From positions 858,590-890,589 of the forward strand of contig NZ_CP026993.1 in NCBI RefSeq assembly GCF_013407145.1: 32,000 bases of DNA. Reading direction: 5' to 3'. The DNA comes from Nitrosopumilus cobalaminigenes (lineage in GTDB: Archaea > Thermoproteota > Nitrososphaeria > Nitrososphaerales > Nitrosopumilaceae). The notes below the pieces were generated by a model, which was given only the letters and a program-made list of their open reading frames with translations, ran no database searches and had not been told where the DNA came from. Of the stretch, positions 1 through 8,886 are shown in pieces; the stretch's first letter is position 1, and the number at the start of each line of letters is the position of its first letter. A program made the position numbers and the translations under genes.

Positions 1-97
1 GAGTCTCTCAATACTCAATAAGCCATTAAAGTATAGACAAAATCATCATCAAATCCATTAGAATAGAATTTAATGTCGTAGTAAAAAATTCCAAATT

Positions 98-925
98 GTG
101 GAAACTAGCGTCAATAAAAGCACCAATCAAGGAAAAAAATTAATCATTTTAGGATTTGGCACTATAGCAGTTTTATTTTTGATGTATGGACGATATCAAG
201 ATCCTGAACTTTTGACTCCAAGTGCAATTGATTCAATTCAAAGAATTGCTTATGGGTTTTACATTGTTTTACTAGCATCATTTGGAGCCATTGCATTTGG
301 AATCTACAGGTATCATAGAGAAAAAGTTGAAAACAAAGGTAAAGATCTTTCTACAATTATTGCACTTACAACATGGAATTCTAAATCAAGGAAAATATTT
401 GTTGCAACATTTATCGGATATGGGATATTCTTTTCCCTAATTTCTGGAACTCTAGTGTATCAACCAGAAGTAGATTTTTCATATCATTATGGGGCTAAAA
501 TTCCATCAGGATTTGTAGCTCCATGTTGTGATGGACCAGGATACATGCCTCAAATAATTATTTATCTTACAGAACACATAGGATTGAATGTAATTCCAGT
601 TAACTTGGTGTTACAAGTAATTGTATCATATTTGGTAGGATTAAACGCAGCAATTGCAGTAAACGCATATACAATTTCTAAAAAAGGCAGAGGAGCAAGC
701 AGTATAGGGGCTGCAGCTGGTTTATTCATTGCTTGTCCTACATGTGCTGGAACATTTTTGTCAGTGTTTATCGGAACAGCAAGTGGAATTGCATTATCAA
801 TTGCACTAACACAATTACAGACATTTTTTATTGCCATATCAATTCCAGTTCTACTCATTACACCATACATCATGGCAAAGAAATTAAGAAATGATGATGG
901 CAGTTGTAAAATTAGCCCAAGTTAA
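98..925 (+). CDS. polytopic integral membrane protein with paired-Cys motifs, function unknown
   Basis: 275-aa ORF with a GTG start in the track. Multiple hydrophobic segments, plus APCCDGPG and CPTCAG motifs. The antisense ORF 562..873 has shadow-like composition. Confidence 0.6.
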   Translation: METSVNKSTNQGKKLIILGFGTIAVLFLMYGRYQDPELLTPSAIDSIQRIAYGFYIVLLASFGAIAFGIYRYHREKVENKGKDLSTIIALTTWNSKSRKIFVATFIGYGIFFSLISGTLVYQPEVDFSYHYGAKIPSGFVAPCCDGPGYMPQIIIYLTEHIGLNVIPVNLVLQVIVSYLVGLNAAIAVNAYTISKKGRGASSIGAAAGLFIACPTCAGTFLSVFIGTASGIALSIALTQLQTFFIAISIPVLLITPYIMAKKLRNDDGSCKISPS

Positions 926-1170
926 AATTTTTTTACTTCAGGTATTTTGTGATTCCCAATGTCATAACCATCACGACGTAAAAATTTGAGCGTGAGTTTG
1001 TAAACAATTTCATCATGATCGACTTTTTCTAAAATTTCACTCCATAGAACCTTGCCATTATCTTCAATGTGTTTTTTAAAATCAGGGTTCAGGGATTCTG
1101 CCATGTCTCTGCATTGATCAAAGGTTTTTCCATTTTTGTAAGCACGTACACGCCTATCACAACTATCCAT
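922..1170 (-). CDS. hypothetical small protein (82 aa)
   Basis: ORF with balanced, charged composition that fills the gap between neighbours. No recognisable domain. Confidence 0.45.
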   Translation of the reverse strand: MDSCDRRVRAYKNGKTFDQCRDMAESLNPDFKKHIEDNGKVLWSEILEKVDHDEIVYKLTLKFLRRDGYDIGNHKIPEVKKF

Positions 1171-1247
1171 AGGACTATTTTATCAAAATTGTAAATAAAC
1201 TTAGATTGAAGGATTTCAAACAAATACTAGGATACAGTGTATAAAAC

Positions 1248-1481
1248 ATGGCAATCAAATCTACTGAAGAGTACATTGATTTTTTCACAAATTTGAATAT
1301 GGGGGAAAATGTCCCACTGTTAAGTTTTGTAAATAATGAAAGAATGGTATTAAAACAAAAATTAGAATACAAAAACTTGGAAAAAGAACCCATACAAAAG
1401 GGGATTGGAATTCTAGAAGACCTAGTAACAGAGATTAATGAGATTGGAGAGAAAGCAGTACTAGAAAAATATCAAAAATAA
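1248..1481 (+). CDS. hypothetical small protein (77 aa)
   Basis: Protein-like composition. The competing antisense ORF 1175..1393 is F/S/L-rich and shadow-like. This ORF lies directly upstream of 1498..2064 on the same strand. Confidence 0.5.
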   Translation: MAIKSTEEYIDFFTNLNMGENVPLLSFVNNERMVLKQKLEYKNLEKEPIQKGIGILEDLVTEINEIGEKAVLEKYQK

Positions 1482-1497
1482 AATCTAGGAGAAAATT

Positions 1498-2064
1498 ATG
1501 GATAAAAATTCAGAAATTATTAAAACAGAAATTATCAGAGTATTAAATGAAAACGGGAAAATCAGGGGGACAGAATTAGCAAAAAGAGTAATAGAAAAAG
1601 TAGGTAATGAAAAAATTGTCTATAGGGAAATTAGTGCTCTAGTTGAAGCAGGAGAGATTGACAAAAAAGTACACAGTAGATCACATATTGAATACGAGTT
1701 GATCAACTTGTCTGAATCAGTAAACAGTCAACTCAAAAATTTACATAAAGAAGTAGAAATGATATATGAAGAAATATCAAATTTTGAAAAAATGGTCAAA
1801 GAAGAGAAATTCTCATTTCATGAAAGACTACGCTCAATAATTCATCAAATACACATCATTCAATCAACTGATGGAATAATGAAATTATTATCATATTATC
1901 CTGCATTTAGAAAAGACCAAATGTATTCTCAAATAACTAGAAAAATCAATGATTGTTGGGAATCAATTATGAATAGTATCATGCATCAAGAAGAGGGGGA
2001 TTTTCTCAATGAAGTTCTCGCAAATTTGAGAATAGCACAAATAGATTCAAAGAATGTAAACTAG
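1498..2064 (+). CDS. putative winged-helix DNA-binding regulator (188 aa)
   Basis: The N-terminus IIRVLNENGKIRGTELAKRV...YREISALVEAGEI looks wHTH-like. AGGAG lies at 1487..1491, upstream of the ATG. Size and layout resemble 8262..8825. Confidence 0.55.
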   Translation: MDKNSEIIKTEIIRVLNENGKIRGTELAKRVIEKVGNEKIVYREISALVEAGEIDKKVHSRSHIEYELINLSESVNSQLKNLHKEVEMIYEEISNFEKMVKEEKFSFHERLRSIIHQIHIIQSTDGIMKLLSYYPAFRKDQMYSQITRKINDCWESIMNSIMHQEEGDFLNEVLANLRIAQIDSKNVN

Positions 2065-2348
2065 GAATTTTTTAGTTTCTCTAAAACAATCTTAAAAATT
2101 TCATCATTATCTAATAATATGTATGGAAGATCATTTTCCTCACATGCTTGACCACTTTCAGTATCACGAGTAACTAATACCATATTGTGTTCTTTAGCAT
2201 AGTTAATCACAGAATAGTCTGTTCGTAACTTGTGTCCATCACTCCGGAGCTTTTTAACACTGTAAGCATCATATCCTAATTCTTTGAGTTTCTCATCCCA
2301 TCCATCATCCATTTCATCAATTAAGATTTTCATGAAATACAATGACAT
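2061..2348 (-). CDS. small protein, possible PIN-like (DUF5615/Mut7-C type) nuclease
   Basis: The pattern KILIDEMDD...L..LGYDA......D..VINYAKEHNMVLVTRDTE resembles DUF5615-type PIN-like proteins as I remember them. An alternative start lies at 2333. No obvious antitoxin partner. Confidence 0.45.
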   Translation of the reverse strand: MSLYFMKILIDEMDDGWDEKLKELGYDAYSVKKLRSDGHKLRTDYSVINYAKEHNMVLVTRDTESGQACEENDLPYILLDNDEIFKIVLEKLKNS

Positions 2349-2416
2349 AATTTCAATATTAGTGTAAACTGATAATCAATGATCAAGTACTTATTTTCAA
2401 CAGATAATGAAAAATC

Positions 2417-2650
2417 ATGGATGTAAAAGACGAAGATACTTCAGAGGAATCAAAGAAAAACCACATCTCATATTACAAATCACTAACTAAAGTAATTTCA
2501 CAAATAGAAGCTGAAAAAAAGGAAGAAGGAGAACCTGCAATTCTTAGTCATTTAGATAATAGAATTGACGCCATGGAGAAAGATAAAAAAAGAATAAGAG
2601 ACATGTTTCCAGATATTACAGAAGAGGAATGGAATGACCACACCAACTGA
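2417..2650 (+). CDS. hypothetical acidic coiled-coil protein (77 aa)
   Basis: ORF only, with charged helical composition. Confidence 0.4.
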   Translation: MDVKDEDTSEESKKNHISYYKSLTKVISQIEAEKKEEGEPAILSHLDNRIDAMEKDKKRIRDMFPDITEEEWNDHTN

Positions 2651-2840
2651 GAAAAACCACAATAAACATCTAGATTTGCTTCATGACTACAAAATTCACC
2701 TAGTCAAATACATCGAAGAATTAGAAAGAATGGATAAACAATCAGAATTTGCCAAAGAATGGAATCAGTCCACAATTAAAGAAAGAAAACAAGAAATTCA
2801 AGTAATTGATAAAATATTGAAAAATCTAATTCGATTTTAA
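2634..2840 (+). CDS. hypothetical small helical protein (68 aa)
   Basis: ORF overlaps the previous gene by 17 nt in a different frame. Confidence 0.4.
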   Translation: MTTPTEKNHNKHLDLLHDYKIHLVKYIEELERMDKQSEFAKEWNQSTIKERKQEIQVIDKILKNLIRF

Positions 2841-3190
2841 TTGTGATTTTTTTGAGTCAAATCATATAATGCATTACAAAATTTATCCATGTGTTCTGAA
2901 GAAACACCATCAAACCATGCAAGTTCTTTATCGATACTAAAACCTTGAAAATCATAATTTTTATTTGATTTGACATAATTAATTTCATCATCAATCATTT
3001 TTTGAACTTGTTTTTGATCATTTTCTAAGAAATTATAATCACATGTCATCAAATCTATTTGAACAAAGTAGTTCTGATGTATTAGATTAATTTTTGCTTT
3101 GATGAAAGGCTTGTTTTGTTGCTGACATTCGCGGTAATGTTTGTCAAACTCAAACATCTTAGAGTCGCCAAGATATTTGTGAAATGTCAT
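2837..3190 (-). CDS. hypothetical protein (117 aa)
   Basis: ORF with protein-like composition. No recognised domain. Confidence 0.5.
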   Translation of the reverse strand: MTFHKYLGDSKMFEFDKHYRECQQQNKPFIKAKINLIHQNYFVQIDLMTCDYNFLENDQKQVQKMIDDEINYVKSNKNYDFQGFSIDKELAWFDGVSSEHMDKFCNALYDLTQKNHN

Positions 3191-3214
3191 GTATTAAAAA
3201 ATCCGCTATTAACT

Positions 3215-3589
3215 TTAAAGGTCTGCAGTAATTTTTTTGATTTTTGTAATTAGTCTAATTTTAGTATTAATTGGCATTTCAGGTTCCATGGTAAAATATA
3301 CAATATTTCTTTTTGTGTAAATTACCATTTGAGAAACTTTTTCTCTTTCAACATGCACATATCTGACTTTGCCAAGTGATCTATCAAACTCTTTTCTCAT
3401 TGCACGTCTTTGTGCAACTTGTTTACAGAAATGTTCTTCTTCTTTTTGAGATTTAAGATTGGTTTTACCTGCATTCATAATGGCTTCTCTAATATTTCCT
3501 TTAGAATCAATAATTGCGGCAAATCTCATTTTAGAATCTAGTTTGAGAATCTTCTGTACCACATCAAGTAGATCGATTTTTTTTACCAT
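3215..3589 (-). CDS. hypothetical protein (124 aa from the internal ATG)
   Basis: The track ORF is 3215..3655. The first 22 residues are F/L/S-rich, so the start at M23 (MVKKIDLL, ATG at 3589) is more plausible. The segment AAIIDSKGNIREAIM is faintly Roadblock/LC7-like. Confidence 0.5.
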   Translation of the reverse strand: MVKKIDLLDVVQKILKLDSKMRFAAIIDSKGNIREAIMNAGKTNLKSQKEEEHFCKQVAQRRAMRKEFDRSLGKVRYVHVEREKVSQMVIYTKRNIVYFTMEPEMPINTKIRLITKIKKITADL

Positions 3590-3684
3590 GAACAATATTG
3601 AAAAATTATTCACTAAATATAAGCTATCAAATATTGAAACAAAATAAAGAGACATTATTAAATCTCAAAATTTATTGTTAAAAA

Positions 3685-4293
3685 ATGAACAAAATAATTT
3701 CAAATGTTCTCAATGAATTAGAAATTCAGTCAAACTTAGAAAAAAATAGAATGGTAGATATCAATCCAGAAGACAGAATGTTAGCAATTACTAAAGAAAC
3801 AGGAGAGTTACTAAATATGATTTTACGCCTCAAGAATGCAAAAAATATGCTTGAAATCGGGATGTCAGTAGGGTATTCAACAATTTGGTGTGCTGAGGCC
3901 ATATTGGAAAATTCAGGAAAAATTACTACAATTGAAAGAAATCGCAATAAAATTGAAAGGGCCCGAAAAAATTTTCAGAAAGCTAACGTGGGAAAAGCTA
4001 TTGACATTAAGGAAGGAAACGCAATGGAGATTCTAAAGAACATTAGGAATAAAAAAGAGAATTTTGATCTGGTGTTAATTGATGCAGATAAAGAAAATAC
4101 AAAAAAATATTTTGATTTAATTCTTCCCATGGTCCCAGTAGGAGGAGTCATTATAACTGACAACATGTTATATCCAGAAAAATACAGGGAAGATATGAAA
4201 AAATTTTCAGATTATATTAAAAAGAACGATAGTCTCAGAACAATTACATCCCCAATAGGATTTGGGGAAGAAATAACAATTAAAATTAGATAA
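3685..4293 (+). CDS. class I SAM-dependent O-methyltransferase (family 3, caffeoyl-CoA OMT-like)
   Basis: SAM-binding motif LEIGMSVGYST. The segments GKITTIE...ARKNF and FDLVLIDADKENTKKYFDLILPMVPVGGVIITDN are typical of O-methyltransferase family 3. Confidence 0.85.
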   Translation: MNKIISNVLNELEIQSNLEKNRMVDINPEDRMLAITKETGELLNMILRLKNAKNMLEIGMSVGYSTIWCAEAILENSGKITTIERNRNKIERARKNFQKANVGKAIDIKEGNAMEILKNIRNKKENFDLVLIDADKENTKKYFDLILPMVPVGGVIITDNMLYPEKYREDMKKFSDYIKKNDSLRTITSPIGFGEEITIKIR

Positions 4294-5766
4294 TTATTTC
4301 TTATTGACAGTCTTTTTATTTGTTGATTTTTTAATAGGTTTTTTTGAAGATATTTTTTTAGTAATGGATTTTAGTTTTTTATCTTTTTCAGCAATCTTCT
4401 TTTTTAATTTCTGCTGTTTTTCTTTTAATTTTTGATTTTTATTTTTTATTTGAATTTCAATTTTCTCACGTTGTTTTTTTAACAAATCATATGTTTTTTC
4501 TTCTTTTTTGAGTTGTTTAGTTAACTCTGTTTGAGATTTCAATTTTGCTTTTTCCTCAACAGTCTTTTTGGTAATTAATTCTTTTTCAGCTGCAATTGTA
4601 TTGATTAATTTCAATCTATCTTCTTTTGCTTTTATCAAATCTTTTTCTTGTGATTTTATCAATTTTTTGAGTTTTTCAGATTCTGCAAATTTTGCTTTTT
4701 CTTCATTTACTTGGGAAACAATATCATCAAAATCCTGCTTTGTTTTTTCTAATTCCTTCTGCTTAGACGCAATTTCATGAGCAATCTGTGCCTGTTCTAC
4801 CAACCTAGATTTTTGCTCAGAGGCCATTTTTGCCAATAAATCTTGCTCACGAGCAACCTGTTTTTCAATTTTTTCTTGTTCTAATTGAGCTTGAACAAGT
4901 TGTCTTTTTTGTGAGAGTAAATCTTTTGAAATTTTTGCTTTTTCAGCAACAATTTTTTTAATTATAGATGTTCTTTCTTTTTTTACTTTGTCAAGTTCTT
5001 CTTTTTGGATTATAATTTCATTTGAAAGTTTTGTTTGAGTTTCAATTTTAATTCGTTCTTCTTTAATTTGGGATTCAAGTAAAGATTTTTGTTGAGTGAT
5101 TTTTTGTTCGTTTTCTTTTCTATGAGAAATTAATTGAGACAAGTTAGAACGTTGTAGATTAATTTCTTGATTAATTTTTTCTTGAGTTTTAATTTTCTTT
5201 TCTTCTTCAGATATATTTTTAGTGATTTTTTCTAATTCTTCAGGTTTATCTTCAGGAGACCAACCTTTTGGCATACTTCCTTTAACTTTAAGAGATGTTT
5301 TGATTTCTTCAATAATTTGTGTAGGTTTTGGAGGAATTATTTCGGGTTTAGGTTTAGGTGATTCTGTTTTAAGTGTAGTTTTTGGAAGAGTGATTTTTAG
5401 AGTGTCTGTAATTTCAATTGAATTTAGTTTTGATTCCAAATAAACAGAATCTGAATGATATAATGGCTTATTATTTTGAATTGTATCATAGATGTATTGT
5501 AATCTGCCAGGATCACCATTGCCACTGTCAATTAATTCTTTAATTTTTGGTAAAAGTTCATTTTCTTCTATAGGTTCATCTTTTACAGAAAAGGAAGAAT
5601 TTAATTTAGTTTCAAGATAAACTTTGTCAGAGTGATATAATGGCTTATTATTTTTTAAGAATTCTAAAATGTGATATAATCGTCCCGCATCACCATTGCC
5701 ACTGTCAATTAGTGCATCAACTTGTTCAATAGTTTGAGATAATGAGAGATGTTGTAATTGAGTCAC
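4294..5766 (-). CDS. K/E/Q-rich long coiled-coil protein with two N-terminal GDxGRL modules
   Basis: 490-aa ORF. A duplicated ~40-aa N-terminal module (LIDSGNGD[AP]GRL...NNKPLYHSD.VYLE.KLNS) is followed by ~350 aa of heptad-like charged sequence and a lysine-rich tail. Confidence 0.7.
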   Translation of the reverse strand: MTQLQHLSLSQTIEQVDALIDSGNGDAGRLYHILEFLKNNKPLYHSDKVYLETKLNSSFSVKDEPIEENELLPKIKELIDSGNGDPGRLQYIYDTIQNNKPLYHSDSVYLESKLNSIEITDTLKITLPKTTLKTESPKPKPEIIPPKPTQIIEEIKTSLKVKGSMPKGWSPEDKPEELEKITKNISEEEKKIKTQEKINQEINLQRSNLSQLISHRKENEQKITQQKSLLESQIKEERIKIETQTKLSNEIIIQKEELDKVKKERTSIIKKIVAEKAKISKDLLSQKRQLVQAQLEQEKIEKQVAREQDLLAKMASEQKSRLVEQAQIAHEIASKQKELEKTKQDFDDIVSQVNEEKAKFAESEKLKKLIKSQEKDLIKAKEDRLKLINTIAAEKELITKKTVEEKAKLKSQTELTKQLKKEEKTYDLLKKQREKIEIQIKNKNQKLKEKQQKLKKKIAEKDKKLKSITKKISSKKPIKKSTNKKTVNKK

Positions 5767-5903
5767 CTTGCTACAGTTAATTTTTGATTGAATCTAGTAA
5801 AAATAACTTTTCAAAAAGAATTCACACAAAAATGAATTTTAGGTGATTAAGATTATGAATGAAATACTTGATTTGTAGAGAGATTCGGAGGCTAAATCTG
5901 GAC

Positions 5904-6731
5904 TTAGAACTTGATTTTTGATTTTTGGCTTAGAATAAGCATGGAAATTATTGACGTTACAAGGATCATCATACTTAATGACCCAAATTCAGGAACAACA
6001 GAAGTTCCAATAATTGTTAGCAGTTCGGAATCAGGTTCTAATGAGACATACAATATGTTAAGATCACCATCTTTTGTTTGCTCAAAATTAGAAATTTTTT
6101 CACCGTCAATCCAAATTACAAAATTCCCATCAATTAATTCTGAATGAAGTCTTAATTCTAAATCATGTATATCGGATTGTGCATCACCAATTATTTCAAA
6201 ACTGATGGATTTTTCATCCTCGTTAATTTCAGGATTTGCCAACAGTCGATTAAAATCATATTCTACATCAAAGTATGTTTCACCATTACCTACTAGTTTT
6301 CCAACATTTGGGACAATTGAATATCCTTCAGTTACCAAAATAGTACCATCCATCCAAGGATGAAGAAGACAATAGTAAGGATAATCACCGGTTTCTGTAA
6401 ATGTATATGAAAAAGATTTTCCAGGACCAAATAAGTTACTATCAAAAATATCATCAGGTCCTTCAGAGACAATTCCAGAAGTTACTGTATGTGCAGCAGA
6501 ATCAGCATTTTTCCAAATAATAGTATCACCAACTAGAATATCCACATTTCCTGTTGTGCTGCCATCTTTTTCACTTTGCCAGAAGAAGGGAGCATTTGGA
6601 TTGGCAGCCCCCGTTGGAATATTTACATCATAGGTAGTTTGAGCAAATATTTCTGAGGATAATGGAATTGTAAGTAAAAATGCAATTGCCATGAAAAGAA
6701 TCATTGTGAACATGCTAAAATTCAACTTCAA
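5904..6731 (-). CDS. secreted blue copper (cupredoxin/amicyanin-like) protein with PEFG-type C-terminal anchor
   Basis: N-terminal signal peptide. Type-1 Cu ligand pattern AAHTV ... YYCLLHPWM (His, then Cys-x2-His-x2-Met). The C-terminus VVPEFGSL, then a TM helix and a basic tail, matches the thaumarchaeal PEFG-CTERM sorting signal. Confidence 0.85.
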   Translation of the reverse strand: MKLNFSMFTMILFMAIAFLLTIPLSSEIFAQTTYDVNIPTGAANPNAPFFWQSEKDGSTTGNVDILVGDTIIWKNADSAAHTVTSGIVSEGPDDIFDSNLFGPGKSFSYTFTETGDYPYYCLLHPWMDGTILVTEGYSIVPNVGKLVGNGETYFDVEYDFNRLLANPEINEDEKSISFEIIGDAQSDIHDLELRLHSELIDGNFVIWIDGEKISNFEQTKDGDLNILYVSLEPDSELLTIIGTSVVPEFGSLSMMILVTSIISMLILSQKSKIKF

Positions 6732-6807
6732 TTAATTAAAAGGGTTTACAATGAACAGTGAAACGAACATTCTTGTTATTTATTAATTAGAAAAATACAG
6801 TTGTTTT

Positions 6808-7032
6808 ATGAAAATGAGTGTAGGCATTGCAATTACAGGGATTGGCATGTTTGTTACAGGTTTGATAATGTTTTACTCTATTGAACTAGGTCAAACAGAT
6901 CCAGTTCTAAGGTTTATTAAAAATACAGGCACATTTGGAGGCATTAGTGGAATGGGTGTCTTTCTAGCAGGAATTCTACTATACATAATTGGCAAAAATG
7001 AGCCACAAATGAAAGAACATGTAGATGTTTAA
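6808..7032 (+). CDS. small two-TM membrane protein (74 aa)
   Basis: Two clear hydrophobic helices. Confidence 0.5.
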   Translation: MKMSVGIAITGIGMFVTGLIMFYSIELGQTDPVLRFIKNTGTFGGISGMGVFLAGILLYIIGKNEPQMKEHVDV

Positions 7033-7220
7033 GCTTGGGATAAAATGTTCTTGTATTCATCTACTGCAATTACAAATTTGCAGCTCTTGCAAAATAGTAC
7101 TTCCTTGTTTGTTAATGATTTGATTTCAGTTGGTATCATGCCACAATATACTGTATCAACATTACACTGAGGGCAACTAGCTGCAAGTTTTGTCATTCCA
7201 AATTCTTTTGTCAGTTGCAT
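7029..7220 (-). CDS. small zinc-ribbon protein (63 aa)
   Basis: CPQC ... CKSC cysteine pairs. Confidence 0.45.
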   Translation of the reverse strand: MQLTKEFGMTKLAASCPQCNVDTVYCGMIPTEIKSLTNKEVLFCKSCKFVIAVDEYKNILSQA

Positions 7221-7321
7221 AGTATACAGTAAGTTTTTCTAATATATTAAAAATAAGTAGAATTCATACTAGTGGTAAATCAAGAACAAATTATAATACA
7301 ACTTGAATTACACAATAAGAA

Positions 7322-7747
7322 ATGACTGAAAAAATATGGCTTGGAGGAGTATACCTTAAAGAAGAAGGAGGTTATGAAATTATTTTAAAATCTCTGAATC
7401 ATTACAAAAATAGATTAAAAACTCTAAACGACAGTCCAGAATTAAAAGAGTCAGCAGCAATGTTTGCATCAGTTTTGAATCAACAAGCAAGAAAAACAGT
7501 TCCAAAAATCAACGAAGTGATAAAAAAAATCATCGACAATCTTGAAAATAACAAAAATACTGATGAGATATTTGAAGAAAAGTCATTTTTAGAAAAGGCC
7601 CTATCATGTTATGAAGCAGACATTCACAAAGCTGAAGATACAGGTTATGAATATTTTGTAAAATTAGTAGGAGACATGTTACAAGCACGAAAAGATCTCA
7701 GTACAATCAAAATTGCATTAGATAAAATTAATAATTTTTCAGAGTGA
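7322..7747 (+). CDS. hypothetical helical protein (141 aa)
   Basis: ORF with protein-like composition. Confidence 0.55.
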   Translation: MTEKIWLGGVYLKEEGGYEIILKSLNHYKNRLKTLNDSPELKESAAMFASVLNQQARKTVPKINEVIKKIIDNLENNKNTDEIFEEKSFLEKALSCYEADIHKAEDTGYEYFVKLVGDMLQARKDLSTIKIALDKINNFSE

Positions 7748-7749
7748 TT

Positions 7750-7980
7750 TTACAGACCTTGCAGATACCAATCAAAATAAGGCGTTAGTGCCTTGCATTG
7801 CTTCTTTTTCTCAACCTCATCAGGAGAATCTAAGATTTTCTGAATTTTTCCCTCCAGATATTCAGAAATTAATTCATTTTTAAAATGAGGTTTGATCTGA
7901 TTTAGAATTTTAAATATTTTTTCAGATGATGAATTCTCAAAATCATCCAAAACAGATTTTATTTCATCTTGTAAAGTCAT
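7750..7980 (-). CDS. hypothetical small protein (76 aa)
   Basis: ORF whose start overlaps the stop of the upstream gene 7977..8204 by 4 nt, suggesting an operon. Confidence 0.45.
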   Translation of the reverse strand: MTLQDEIKSVLDDFENSSSEKIFKILNQIKPHFKNELISEYLEGKIQKILDSPDEVEKKKQCKALTPYFDWYLQGL

Positions 7981-8204
7981 AATATATCATCATCATCCCA
8001 CGTTAAACGAAATTTTCCAACTACCCTGAACATGTGAATTTTCCCTCCTTCTTTAAATCGAAGTTTGTAAGATTTGTGAGAAGTATCTTCAATTTCTAAA
8101 CTTACATCATTTTTGATTGTTTGGAATACTATAGGATTATTGGAAATTTGATTCCATTCATCTTCTTCAAAATCCATGTAAAATTTGGTATACAGCAATC
8201 CCAT
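7977..8204 (-). CDS. hypothetical small protein (75 aa)
   Basis: ORF that is the first gene of a 2-gene overlapping pair. Confidence 0.45.
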   Translation of the reverse strand: MGLLYTKFYMDFEEDEWNQISNNPIVFQTIKNDVSLEIEDTSHKSYKLRFKEGGKIHMFRVVGKFRLTWDDDDIL

Positions 8205-8261
8205 GATTTTACTAAAAAGTAGCTGAATAAATAACTAGATAATTGTACATTTATCAAATAA

Positions 8262-8825
8262 TTAAGGAGTTAAAGACATCATGTTATTCGCAATTGAAGG
8301 AAAGATAATCTCAAAGTCATGATCTTTTTTGATTATTTCAAATACTTGATAGATTAATTGTTGTATCATCAAATGTTCATCACGATAAAGGGTTTTTTTA
8401 GGATTTTTGATGGAATCTAAAAAAGTAAATCCATTATCTGTAAATATCAAATTTTGCAAAATAGAATTAGCAAGATTGATTTTTTCATCAATGTCTTTAT
8501 GAGGATAATCAGTGTTTAATCGTTTAATTTGTAATTTTAAATCATGAAATGAATTGTTTGTTTTTTGCTCTATGCGGTGTTGAATTTTTTCATCATAGTT
8601 ATTTTCAGGCAAATAGAATTTCATATTGCCTTGCTTTTTGACGAAAATAATTTCTTTATCCAATAAAGAATTTCGAGTCTTTTCAAAAGTTGTTTTTGCC
8701 ATAAATTTTGGAACAATTTTTTTGAGCAGTGCATTATGGTGTAAGTTAGGGTTTTTTTTTATTATTTCAAAAACAATTCGTTCACGCCCATGTACTTCAG
8801 AGTTAGGCTGGATTTGACTCACCAT
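8262..8825 (-). CDS. putative winged-helix DNA-binding regulator (187 aa)
   Basis: The N-terminus RIVFEIIKKNPNLHHNALLKKIV...TRNSLLDKEIIFVKKQG looks wHTH-like. Size and layout are the same as 1498..2064. Confidence 0.55.
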   Translation of the reverse strand: MVSQIQPNSEVHGRERIVFEIIKKNPNLHHNALLKKIVPKFMAKTTFEKTRNSLLDKEIIFVKKQGNMKFYLPENNYDEKIQHRIEQKTNNSFHDLKLQIKRLNTDYPHKDIDEKINLANSILQNLIFTDNGFTFLDSIKNPKKTLYRDEHLMIQQLIYQVFEIIKKDHDFEIIFPSIANNMMSLTP

Positions 8826-8886
8826 ATCTAGGTCAACCTATTTGTAATAGGTCAAGTATTAAGGGTTATCGGAAATAAATTTTCAT

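Noticed and set aside
2634-2650. Programmed frameshift joining ORFs 2417..2650 and 2634..2840
   Set aside because: There is no slippery heptamer or obvious downstream structure. The second ORF has its own ATG within the overlap, so simple translational coupling of two small genes is the more economical reading.
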